Assembly: GCA_022763365.1 (NCBI GenBank)
Contig: JALEGN010000019.1
Coordinates: 1-57,037, forward strand
Reading direction: 5' to 3'
From: Minisyncoccota bacterium
GTDB lineage: Bacteria > Patescibacteriota > Minisyncoccia > Phycocordibacterales > UBA1006
DNA length: 57,037 bases
Shown here: positions 26,170 to 34,642 of the stretch, one piece after another
How the letters are laid out: the number at the start of each line of letters is the position of its first letter
Numbering within the stretch: the first letter of the stretch is position 1
Translations under genes and position numbers: made by a program
The notes under the pieces: model-generated
What the model was told of the DNA's origin: nothing
Seen by the model: the letters and a program-made list of their open reading frames with translations, nothing else
Databases searched by the model: none

Positions 26170-27675
26170 CTAATTATTAATTTTTATTAACTCATTAATC
26201 ATAATACGATCATTAGAAAGTCGCTTTACCTTGTTCTGACCACCAAATTTCCCAATTGATTTTTGATAGGTATCAAAAGTTCCAATGGAAACTATGGTTA
26301 CCTTAGTCTCATCGAGTGTTTTACCTTCTCGCAAGTCTCGATAATATTCATTTTGTGATTGAATACTAAGGTCAAGTATTCGAGCAAATCGGTGAATATC
26401 AGCTGGTTCTTGGATAAACTCAATACACCACTGGTGATAAGGCAATCCATTCTCTGGTTGTATCATTGGCGCCACGGTAAATTCTTTAACTAAAGAAGGG
26501 GCTTTTTTCTGAGCTACCAGCATCGCCTCTTCAACTTCTTTGCCAATCACGTGTTCGCCAAAAGCAGAAATATAGTGTTTTGTTCGTCCAGAAACAACTA
26601 TTCGATATGGGTTAACAGACGTAAAACGAACCATATCACCAATATCATATCTCCACAGTCCGGCATTTGTCGTTAATATAAGTGCATAATCAACACCCAC
26701 CTCAACTTCACCAATCGTAAGGCACTTTTGATTTTCTGTACCATAACTATCCATCGGAATAAATTCATAAAAAATACCAGAATTAAGTTGCAGCAAAAGC
26801 CCCTTATCATTTTGTTTATCCTGAAAAGCAAAGAACCCTTCTGATGCTGGAAATAACTCAATAGAATCTACTGCTCTACCAATAAGTCCTTCAATCTGAT
26901 TTCGATATGGTTCATAATTAAGACCGCCATATACAAATAGATTAAAATTTGGAAAAACATTGCCCACAGGTTTACCTGTTTTTTCAATAATTTTTTTAAA
27001 AAAACCAACAATCCACGAAGGAATACCTCCAATAATTCTTAAATCCTCACCAATTACTTGATCAACAATGGCATCTAATTTTGCATCCCAATCCTCAATT
27101 GAATTTATTTCCATCGTTGGTAAGCGATTTTTCTGAAGAAATCCTGGAACATGGTGTGCCACTATACCCGACAACCTCCCTAGGGGAATATTGGAAATCT
27201 TTTGCAATACCGGACTTCCTTGAAGGAAAATTATTTTTCCTCCCATACACTCTGCTCTACCTGTTTCATGAATGTAATTCAAAGTTGAAAGCAAGGCAGT
27301 ATCTACATGATATGGAGTACTTTCTTTGGTCATAGGAATATATTTTTTTCCTGATGTGGTTCCTGATGTTGTAGCAAAATATTTTGGAATACCTGGCCAT
27401 AACACATTAGATTCTCCTTGAGTAACTCGATCAATATAAGGTTTTAAGTCCTCATAGGTTCGAATTGGTACCTGGTTTTGAAAATCATCAATAGATAGAA
27501 TTTCTTCAAAATCATGGGCATATCCAAAGTTTGTTTGTTTACCTTTTTTGATTAATTCTTTAATAACTCGAGTTTGAGTTTTCATAGGTTGAGATACCCA
27601 TTTCATCATCTTTTCGATGCGGTATTTTGCAAAAAATGGAACAAGGAATACTTTTATTTTTTCAATAAAGCTCAT
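26170..27675 (-). CDS. GH3 (auxin-responsive promoter) family acyl-adenylate-forming enzyme
   Basis: 501 aa. FATTSGTTSGKKYIPMT nucleotide-binding motif and an overall N-terminal pattern typical of bacterial GH3-family proteins. Confidence 0.8.
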   Translation of the reverse strand: MSFIEKIKVFLVPFFAKYRIEKMMKWVSQPMKTQTRVIKELIKKGKQTNFGYAHDFEEILSIDDFQNQVPIRTYEDLKPYIDRVTQGESNVLWPGIPKYFATTSGTTSGKKYIPMTKESTPYHVDTALLSTLNYIHETGRAECMGGKIIFLQGSPVLQKISNIPLGRLSGIVAHHVPGFLQKNRLPTMEINSIEDWDAKLDAIVDQVIGEDLRIIGGIPSWIVGFFKKIIEKTGKPVGNVFPNFNLFVYGGLNYEPYRNQIEGLIGRAVDSIELFPASEGFFAFQDKQNDKGLLLQLNSGIFYEFIPMDSYGTENQKCLTIGEVEVGVDYALILTTNAGLWRYDIGDMVRFTSVNPYRIVVSGRTKHYISAFGEHVIGKEVEEAMLVAQKKAPSLVKEFTVAPMIQPENGLPYHQWCIEFIQEPADIHRFARILDLSIQSQNEYYRDLREGKTLDETKVTIVSIGTFDTYQKSIGKFGGQNKVKRLSNDRIMINELIKINN

Positions 27676-27755
27676 GTTTTTAGTTTTATAGATTTAATTT
27701 AAAAATAAATAATTTAAACTAAAAGTCAATAAATAACGTCGGAAAATAATTTTGA

Positions 27756-27761
27756 TATAAT
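27756..27761 (+). promoter_or_regulatory. -10 box TATAAT, 6 nt from xerC GTG
   Basis: GATATAAT-AAGTCT-GTG. Confidence 0.5.
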
Positions 27762-27767
27762 AAGTCT

Positions 27768-28685
27768 GTGAACATCAACGAAGCACTCCAAAGATTTCTG
27801 GAATACCAAGAAATTGAAAAAGGAAGGTCATTAAAAACCGTCCGCAATTATAGACAATATATTTCCAAATATATTGAATTTTCTGATATCACAAACATCA
27901 CTGATATTAATGCTGAGAATATTCGTCAATTCAGATTACATCTGAACCGGCAGCCAGGAATCAAGATTAAAGGTCAGCAATCAGGAACAATGAAAAAACG
28001 AACCCAAAATTATTATCTGATTGCCCTTCGTATGTTTTTAAAATATCTCATGAAGCAAGGGTATAAGGTCTATAGCCCAGAAAATATAGAGCTGGCAAAA
28101 ACCGAGGCTCGTCATATTGATCATCTAGGAATTGATGAACTGCGGCGGATGCTTGAGGTGGCACAAAAGCATCCACGCAATTTTGCCATCATGCATATGC
28201 TCTTTTCAACAGGATTACGTGTATCTGAATTAACCTCACTCAATCGAGATATTGATTTGTCCAAAGAAGAGATGACCATTCGCGGTAAGGGAGATAAATT
28301 ACGTATTGTCTTTTTAAGTCCAAATGCAAAGAAATCGGTCAAAGAATATCTGAATAACCGAACTGATATGGACGAAGCATTATTCATTCAAGAAGGTCCG
28401 CGCGTTGTGAAACTAGAGGAGCAGAATGTTTCACTTCGCCTTTCCGCGAGATCTGTGGAGCGTCTGGTGAAACAAATTGCAATCGAAGCGGGTATATCAA
28501 AAAAGGTTACCCCACACACCATTAGGCATTCATTCGCAACAGATTTACTGAGAAACGGTGCAGATATTCGTAGTGTCCAAATGCTCTTGGGGCATAGTAA
28601 TATCGCAACAACACAGATATATACCCACATTACCGATAAACAATTACGTGAAGTACATAAAAAGTTTCATAACAATAATAACTAA
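27768..28685 (+). CDS. xerC: Tyrosine recombinase XerC/XerD family
   Basis: RHSFATDLLRNGADIRSVQMLLGHSNIATTQIYTHI (R-H-R-Y catalytic region) and FSTGLRVSEL. GTG start 6 nt after TATAAT. Confidence 0.9.
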   Translation: MNINEALQRFLEYQEIEKGRSLKTVRNYRQYISKYIEFSDITNITDINAENIRQFRLHLNRQPGIKIKGQQSGTMKKRTQNYYLIALRMFLKYLMKQGYKVYSPENIELAKTEARHIDHLGIDELRRMLEVAQKHPRNFAIMHMLFSTGLRVSELTSLNRDIDLSKEEMTIRGKGDKLRIVFLSPNAKKSVKEYLNNRTDMDEALFIQEGPRVVKLEEQNVSLRLSARSVERLVKQIAIEAGISKKVTPHTIRHSFATDLLRNGADIRSVQMLLGHSNIATTQIYTHITDKQLREVHKKFHNNNN

Positions 28686-28750
28686 TGAAACCGTAAAACG
28701 CTTTAATTTTAAGGTGTTTTTTGATTATCTATTAAAGACAGTTAAAAATA

Positions 28751-28779
28751 AAAAGACACTATTGCTAAAAGTGTCTTTT
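28751..28779. terminator. Bidirectional terminator
   Basis: AAAAGACACT-ATTGCTAAA-AGTGTCTTTT between convergent xerC and 28778..29134. Confidence 0.7.
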
Positions 28780-29134
28780 AAACTGGTTCTGGGTCAGGGT
28801 CTTCTCCCCAAAAAGCCCAGTCATTATTTGCATTAAGGTACGAAATAATTTCTTTATCTATTTGTTCTGCAGGTCCGAAAACCTCTGCATCAATAAACAA
28901 CCCATGAAGAGATTGTAACTCAAAAAGGTTAAGTTCATATTCTCGTAATGCTCGATCATGATGTTTAAATCCTAAATAACCGAGATATCCAACACAGCCA
29001 AAATAAATACACCATTTCATAGTAAGGAGATCCCAATACTCCCATTGATACATGAATATAGATATAACTATAGGGCAAACAATGTATAAACAAAAGAACT
29101 TTGGGTAAAAATACATCAATACTATTCGACTCAT
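28778..29134 (-). CDS. Small membrane protein, acidic C-terminus
   Basis: 118 aa with 3 hydrophobic helices and the tail ...WGEDPDPEPV. Same architecture as the neighbouring gene. Confidence 0.5.
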   Translation of the reverse strand: MSRIVLMYFYPKFFCLYIVCPIVISIFMYQWEYWDLLTMKWCIYFGCVGYLGYLGFKHHDRALREYELNLFELQSLHGLFIDAEVFGPAEQIDKEIISYLNANNDWAFWGEDPDPEPV

Positions 29135-29214
29135 AGATATACGTTTTTATTAGTATATTCTAAAATTCATTATTTTAAAAAGAAAAAGCATCCTTATTGA
29201 AGATGCCTTAATAA

Positions 29215-29682
29215 TTAGACCAAAATGTCTCCGTCATTATCATCGTCAATATCTGGTTTTTCCAATGATTGCACTCTTTGATCAAAAATATAGGAATCGA
29301 TAAGTCTTCCAAAAAGTTCTGTTATCTCAGGAATATTCTTTTTTCTTCCAAATTCTTGCCATTGTTGCAGGTGAGCTAACTCAATATCATCACAGTCATG
29401 AGGAATAACTTTCGATTCAGATACTTCGTCTGTCTCAAAAATTTCAACATACAAATATTGCCTCTTAGGACTAATCTCTAAAACAAGCGTAATAACATGA
29501 AATATGATACAACCCTCAATCGCCGTTAGAGAAAGAATTAATATATTCACCTCTTCTCCAAGATAATTGTATCCCAAAGTAATTGAGGCAATCGGCAAAG
29601 CAATACAAAAAGCAAAAAGATGAGGTGGATTTTGAAAGAGAAACTTATGAATAGTTTTTAATCCGTATATTTTACTCGTCAT
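29215..29682 (-). CDS. Small membrane protein, acidic C-terminus
   Basis: 155 aa with 3 hydrophobic helices and the tail ...PDIDDDNDGDILV. Confidence 0.5.
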   Translation of the reverse strand: MTSKIYGLKTIHKFLFQNPPHLFAFCIALPIASITLGYNYLGEEVNILILSLTAIEGCIIFHVITLVLEISPKRQYLYVEIFETDEVSESKVIPHDCDDIELAHLQQWQEFGRKKNIPEITELFGRLIDSYIFDQRVQSLEKPDIDDDNDGDILV

Positions 29683-29773
29683 TATATTTTTAATTTTTAT
29701 TTACTATACAAATTTATTTTGATTTATCAAAATCCTGACAGCTTTGTTTTTTTTGGATATACTTTTATTAACC

Positions 29774-30439
29774 ATGGAATACTCTCCTGAAACACAAAAA
29801 CAATATTTCCAGTTTGCCTATCAAACAGGAAGCGATATTTGGAGTCATATCCCGTATCGTTATAAAGCCGAGCAAATGCTTCCACCCATTGAAAAAGAAT
29901 CACTAATTTTAGACATTGGTGCGGGACGCGGTTTGTGGGCAATGAAATTGGCCAACCTTGGATTTAAAGTTCTTGGTATTGATTACATTGAATCAATCGT
30001 GAGTAAGGTAAATGAACGAATTAAAGATGAAGGTCTTCAAGAGCGAGCTCGATTTATGGTTGGGAATGCTCTTGAGATTCCTTTTGTAAATGAAGGATTT
30101 GATATGGTGACCGATGTAGGAACGCTCCAACACATTACCAAAGATAATTGGTCACTATACAATAATGAAATTGTTCGCGTCCTCAAACCGCATGGATACT
30201 ATTTAAATATTTCTCTCTCTCGAAGAACAAATAATTTTTTAGGTTTTAACCCTCGAAATAGCAGTGACGGAGATTTCACGAAATTTGGTGTTCATTATCA
30301 TTTTTTTTCCGAGTCTGAAATTACAGAAATATTTGAAAATGATTTTATGATTATTGATCAACAGTTTGAAGAATATGATACTCATTCTGATCCGCATGAT
30401 GACTTAGTACTGGTATTTACTTTGATGCAAAAAAAATAG
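29774..30439 (+). CDS. Class I SAM-dependent methyltransferase (start moved to ATG at 29774)
   Basis: LDIGAGRGLWAMKLANLGFKVLGIDY SAM motif I. The track start is a TTG at 29744. TATACT at 29758-29763 lies inside that extension. Confidence 0.85.
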   Translation: MEYSPETQKQYFQFAYQTGSDIWSHIPYRYKAEQMLPPIEKESLILDIGAGRGLWAMKLANLGFKVLGIDYIESIVSKVNERIKDEGLQERARFMVGNALEIPFVNEGFDMVTDVGTLQHITKDNWSLYNNEIVRVLKPHGYYLNISLSRRTNNFLGFNPRNSSDGDFTKFGVHYHFFSESEITEIFENDFMIIDQQFEEYDTHSDPHDDLVLVFTLMQKK

Positions 30440-30459
30440 CGACGATTGTCGCTTTTTTT
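30431..30459. terminator. Bidirectional terminator
   Basis: AAAAAATAGCGAC-GATT-GTCGCTTTTTTT between the convergent methyltransferase and DksA-like genes. Confidence 0.85.
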
Positions 30460-30472
30460 GATTGATGTTAAT

Positions 30473-30850
30473 TTACTGCATATTTTTTGCTTCGATACTC
30501 AAAGTAGCGTGAGGTACTAGTTTTAATCGCTCAGGATTAATAAGTTTACCTGTCACTCGACATACGCCATAGGTTTTGTTTTCGATACGAATTAACGCAT
30601 TTTTTAAATCTCGTTTTATTTTTTCTTGACGTTGAATGAGGGTTACATTCATTTCTTTTGAATTACCCTCAGCGGCTTCTTCAAAAGGATTATGAGTTTT
30701 TCCATATTCATCACCCGATGAGGGGTTCCCATGAAGGCCAGAGAGAATATTTATCTGATTTTGAGCTTCTTGAATTTTACTTTCAATGATTGACTTAAAT
30801 TCTCCAAGCTCCTTTGAAGAGTAACGATTTCTTGTTGCAGTTTCTGCCAT
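30473..30850 (-). CDS. DksA/TraR-family protein with degenerate zinc finger (second paralog)
   Basis: 125 aa ending YGVCRVTGKLINPERLKLVPHATLSIEAKN. Only 1 of the 4 Cys is retained. Confidence 0.75.
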   Translation of the reverse strand: MAETATRNRYSSKELGEFKSIIESKIQEAQNQINILSGLHGNPSSGDEYGKTHNPFEEAAEGNSKEMNVTLIQRQEKIKRDLKNALIRIENKTYGVCRVTGKLINPERLKLVPHATLSIEAKNMQ

Positions 30851-30912
30851 AGTATTTAGTTGTTTTAAGTTAGAAATTTAATTTTAATAATACACAGTAT
30901 TTTTTTAGAGTC

Positions 30913-30941
30913 AAAAAAAACCAAGTCGAAACTTGGTTTTT
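30913..30941 (-). terminator. Intrinsic terminator after desaturase gene
   Basis: AAAAAAAACCAAGT-CGAA-ACTTGGTTTTT. Confidence 0.85.
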
Positions 30942-30956
30942 ATAAAGTTATTCCTG

Positions 30957-32036
30957 CTAGCTAAGAACAGGTTTTCTACTTAAAAATTTAATATGAGCAT
31001 AATGTTCTTTAACGGCCTTCCAAAAACTTACGGTTTCGTAATATGGAATATTAAATCTTCGCGCTAATGATGAAACGATATGCGCTATCTTGGGATAATG
31101 CACATGCGAAATATTAGGAAACAAATGATGTTCTACCTGATGGGTTAAACCACCGGTATACCATTTTAAAAACCTACTCTGTGTTCCAAAATTTGCTGTT
31201 GTTTCAAGTTGGTGAACTAATAACGGATCACTCACCTCTTCTTCGGTTAATACTTGTGCATCTTGATTTACATGAGCCAATTGAAAAATATGACTCAGAA
31301 TACTGCCTGCAACAAGGTGCATACATATAAATCCAAAAACGACATGAATCAATGGTAGACCAAGTAAAACAGGTAATACAAACCAAAACGCTATCAGCAC
31401 AAGCTTGCTCACAATTACAATTGTCCAAGCCCAAAAAGGTTTCGGCATATGACTATTAATTCTATTATCCTTTAGAAAACGACCAGTTTGAGTAAAATCA
31501 GTTGTAATCACCCAATTCAAAGTTAATAAACTATAGAGAACCGGTGCATACCAATGCTGAAATCTGTGATACCACAAATAGTCAGCATGTTTTGAAAAAC
31601 GGATGAATCGGCCTGCCTCGATATCTTCATCATGCCCTTCAATATTAGTAAAGGTATGGTGTAATTGATTATGTTGAACAATCCAATTATATACATTACC
31701 CGCAAGAATATAGATGCTTGCTCCCATGATTCTGTTCACCCATTTTTGAGAAGAAAAACTTCCATGGTTGGCATCGTGCATTACATTCATACCAATACCA
31801 GCCATAGCGAAACCTAAAAATAGGTATGCTCCATAGAGTATAAGAAAGTGAGGATTGCTAAGATATATCAAAGCGACAACACCAAAAAATATACTCAAAA
31901 AAAATCCTGCTTTAACAAATAATTCTTTGTTACCAGTTTTAGCTAAATTTCGCTCCTTAAAATAGGTGTTAACCTTTTTTCGAAGCTCGCGTGAAAATGT
32001 TGTAGCATCACGTGGAAATCGAATATTTTTTTTCAT
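30957..32036 (-). CDS. Membrane fatty-acid desaturase family protein
   Basis: Three histidine boxes (HDANHGS, HNQLHH, HQVEHHLFP) and 4 or more TM helices. 359 aa. Confidence 0.9.
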   Translation of the reverse strand: MKKNIRFPRDATTFSRELRKKVNTYFKERNLAKTGNKELFVKAGFFLSIFFGVVALIYLSNPHFLILYGAYLFLGFAMAGIGMNVMHDANHGSFSSQKWVNRIMGASIYILAGNVYNWIVQHNQLHHTFTNIEGHDEDIEAGRFIRFSKHADYLWYHRFQHWYAPVLYSLLTLNWVITTDFTQTGRFLKDNRINSHMPKPFWAWTIVIVSKLVLIAFWFVLPVLLGLPLIHVVFGFICMHLVAGSILSHIFQLAHVNQDAQVLTEEEVSDPLLVHQLETTANFGTQSRFLKWYTGGLTHQVEHHLFPNISHVHYPKIAHIVSSLARRFNIPYYETVSFWKAVKEHYAHIKFLSRKPVLS

Positions 32037-32113
32037 ACTATCTAATTTTTTAAGTTTTACATTATTTATTAAAACTATATAGTGGCTTTTTATAAATGTC
32101 TACTGAAATCTTC

Positions 32114-32122
32114 TGGTATAGT
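32114..32122 (+). promoter_or_regulatory. Extended -10 TGGTATAGT, 6 nt from xth ATG
   Basis: TGGTATAGT-AAAAGT-ATG. Confidence 0.6.
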
Positions 32123-32128
32123 AAAAGT

Positions 32129-32905
32129 ATGAAAATTATCTCATGGAATGTTAATGGCTTTAGAGCCTGGAGCAAAAAAGAAGGGACGCTTGATTTTATA
32201 AACAGGGATGAGCAACCTGATATTTTTTGCCTTCAAGAAACAAAGGCGCAGCCTGAACAAATTGATGGAAGTTTATTCAACGATTACCCCTTTCAATATT
32301 TTCACAGTGCCGAGAAAAAAGGCTATTCTTCTACTGCTGTATTTTCAAAAAAAGAACCTCTGAAGGTTTGGTATGGCATGGACAATTCTCCAATCGAAAA
32401 CGAAGGTCGCATTATCAATGCTGAATTTGATAATTTTATTCTTATAACGGTTTATACGCCAAATGCAAAGCCTGACTTGGCCCGATTAGAATTACGACAC
32501 AAAGAATGGGATGTAGCATTTCTAAAACATATGAAAAAATATGAGAAGAAAAAACCGGTTATCGTTTGTGGTGACTTAAACGCAGCGCACACTCCTATTG
32601 ATATTGCACGTCCCGATGCCAATAAAACAACTGATACCAAACCTGGGAGTCCTGGATTCACCGATCAAGAACGAGAAGGGATTACCAATTTCTTAAATGC
32701 AGGATTTGTCGATACCTACCGAAATATCTACCCTGAAAAGATTCAATATACCTGGTGGTCATATAGGGCCGGCGCACGCGCTCGTAATGTTGGCTGGAGA
32801 ATTGACTATTTCCTCAGTTCACCAAAGATTAAACTCAAAGATGCAATCATCTATGATCAGGCTCTTGGTTCTGACCATTGCCCTGTAGGAATCATAATTA
32901 CATAG
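32129..32905 (+). CDS. xth: Exodeoxyribonuclease III (AP endonuclease), start moved to ATG at 32129
   Basis: MKIISWNVNGFRAW..., LQETK, GDLNAAH and SDHCPV motifs. TGGTATAGT at 32114-32122 is 6 nt upstream of the ATG. Confidence 0.95.
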   Translation: MKIISWNVNGFRAWSKKEGTLDFINRDEQPDIFCLQETKAQPEQIDGSLFNDYPFQYFHSAEKKGYSSTAVFSKKEPLKVWYGMDNSPIENEGRIINAEFDNFILITVYTPNAKPDLARLELRHKEWDVAFLKHMKKYEKKKPVIVCGDLNAAHTPIDIARPDANKTTDTKPGSPGFTDQEREGITNFLNAGFVDTYRNIYPEKIQYTWWSYRAGARARNVGWRIDYFLSSPKIKLKDAIIYDQALGSDHCPVGIIIT

Positions 32906-32968
32906 TTTCAAATATTGATTATTTTTCAGATAAATATTTAATAGAAAGGAAGCATACTATTTATATCA

Positions 32969-33226
32969 ATGAAACACGAAATTATTTCTGAGACAGAAAT
33001 TGAAAGCATAGCCTCACGTATTTCAAATGCTGATTACGGCTCACTTCAATTATTTCTTGAAACTTTAGGAAATAATATCCTCACTGATTCAACAAAAGAT
33101 ACACAATCAGGAAGGGTCATCCTAGGAAAACAATTACAAAAACTTGGGTACCACATCAAAAATGCTGGAGAAGAATGTAAAGAGATTGCAGAACTATGCA
33201 GGCCCCATAATCAGAAGCAAGATTAA
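32969..33226 (+). CDS. Hypothetical protein
   Basis: 85-aa ORF in a gap with no competing frame. No recognisable motif. Confidence 0.45.
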   Translation: MKHEIISETEIESIASRISNADYGSLQLFLETLGNNILTDSTKDTQSGRVILGKQLQKLGYHIKNAGEECKEIAELCRPHNQKQD

Positions 33227-33267
33227 ATTCCTTGCTTTTTTTATTATAAAAGTACTACAATAAATAT

Positions 33268-33504
33268 ATGAATGTAGAAAAAGAACAACGAAAAATACAT
33301 ACGGGAAGCATAATCTTGATGATCATTGCTCTAATAATGATTTATATCAGTATCACCAGAGGTATACTTCCTCCTGGATTAACCGGTGCTGGATTCTTAA
33401 TCCTTGTATGGATGAAAGAAGAAAAAGAAGCAATTGAACGAAGTCTGGTTAACAAGATCAATGCATTAGATAACGATGAAACTAAGGATAAAAAACAGGA
33501 CTAG
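33268..33504 (+). CDS. Small two-helix membrane protein
   Basis: 78 aa with helices IILMIIALIMIYISI and GLTGAGFLILVWM. A terminator overlaps its stop codon. Confidence 0.5.
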   Translation: MNVEKEQRKIHTGSIILMIIALIMIYISITRGILPPGLTGAGFLILVWMKEEKEAIERSLVNKINALDNDETKDKKQD

Positions 33505-33517
33505 TCCTGTTTTTTTA
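33491..33517 (+). terminator. Intrinsic terminator overlapping stop codon
   Basis: AAAAACAGGAC-TA-GTCCTGTTTTTTT. Confidence 0.8.
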
Positions 33518-33551
33518 ATTGTGGATAAGTAAAATATATTTATTCAAAGTA

Positions 33552-33579
33552 TTGACAATATGTCAAATTAGTGTATATT
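33552..33579 (+). promoter_or_regulatory. Promoter-like TTGACA (inside palindrome TTGACAATATGTCAA) -16 nt- TATATT
   Basis: Upstream of lipoprotein gene 33621. The -35 lies within a perfect 6-3-6 inverted repeat. Confidence 0.45.
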
Positions 33580-33620
33580 TATATCAAAATATAGTTTAAC
33601 AAAATTCAAATATCTAACTC

Positions 33621-34583
33621 ATGAAAAACATCATGTACTTTTTCGTAGCTCTTGTAGCAACATTTTTTATTTCTTGTTCTTCAAACGAACAAGAAAAGGT
33701 ATCAACAGTTCCTCAATTTGTTGAAGAAGAACAAACCATTGTAAATGGTGATAAACTTTTCGAGCTTCAAGGAGACGCTAGACGTGTTCAGCACGGTGTA
33801 GTGATGTTCGAACTTTTCAAAGAAAAGTATCGAACCCAATACCCTACTGTCATTGATAGTCTTATAGCAAAACCTGAAGGTAATTGTAACTGCGCTAGTC
33901 GCAGTCAATATCTTCAAGTTAATCAACAAACTTGTATTCCATTAAGTAATAAATTACTGAATGGTAATCAAAAGTTTTTTGGTCCAAATAGCTCATTCTC
34001 AAAAGCCGAACAATTAGTTCTCATCAATCACACTGCTTGTGCCGATCAGATGAAATTATTTGAAAATGCATTTGTTAATGCCTTGAACGGTTTAAGTGAA
34101 TCAACCAAAACAATCTTAGTACCAAATCCTGATTATATTGCACCTGTTGTAAATACAACTTCAGCAAATAATTCATGGTCAGCGCCAGCTTGGTTTAAAG
34201 ATTTGTTATGGTTATTACTTGGACTGGTATTGCTTGCCTTATTTATTTGGCTTATATGTCAAATATGTAGAGGAAGTAGAAACCAGACTAATACTACTTC
34301 AGTAACTGAATCACAAGCAGCAGCTGTAATTCCGGTACAAAAGAAATGTTGCGGAGATTGCTCTTCTCGAAATACTCAATGTAGTGTATGCGATTCCTAT
34401 AAAGAATCAGCAAATGCTTTTATTGAAACATCGAAAACAGGTAAAAATGTAGAAATTATTCATGAGCATGACAACCTTAAGGTTACCTTAAAGAGTCTAG
34501 AGCCAGAAGATTTCTTACCTATTTCTATCACTGTTGTTGATGATGAAATACCATCATCGCCAGCAGCTGAAGAGGAAGAGTAA
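33621..34583 (+). CDS. Putative lipoprotein with C-proximal TM helix and Cys-cluster tail
   Basis: Lipobox-like VATFFISC at the N-terminus, TM helix LLWLLLGLVLLALFIWLICQIC, then KKCCGDCSSRNTQCSVCDSY. Confidence 0.7.
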   Translation: MKNIMYFFVALVATFFISCSSNEQEKVSTVPQFVEEEQTIVNGDKLFELQGDARRVQHGVVMFELFKEKYRTQYPTVIDSLIAKPEGNCNCASRSQYLQVNQQTCIPLSNKLLNGNQKFFGPNSSFSKAEQLVLINHTACADQMKLFENAFVNALNGLSESTKTILVPNPDYIAPVVNTTSANNSWSAPAWFKDLLWLLLGLVLLALFIWLICQICRGSRNQTNTTSVTESQAAAVIPVQKKCCGDCSSRNTQCSVCDSYKESANAFIETSKTGKNVEIIHEHDNLKVTLKSLEPEDFLPISITVVDDEIPSSPAAEEEE

Positions 34584-34600
34584 TCATCTTTTAACAATTT

Positions 34601-34631
34601 AAAAAACCCAAACATCTTGTTTTGGGTTTTT
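34601..34631. terminator. Bidirectional terminator
   Basis: AAAAAACCCAAACA-TCT-TGTTTTGGGTTTTT between convergent 33621..34583 and cca. Confidence 0.8.
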
Positions 34632-34642
34632 CTTTTTGAAAT

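Noticed and set aside
27768-28685. Tyrosine recombinase as the integrase of a mobile element or prophage
   Set aside because: The sequence is XerC/XerD-like (LLGHSNIATTQIYTH). Its flanks hold housekeeping and small membrane genes, with no phage, conjugation or transposition genes and no flanking direct repeats seen. It is most simply the chromosomal dimer-resolution recombinase.
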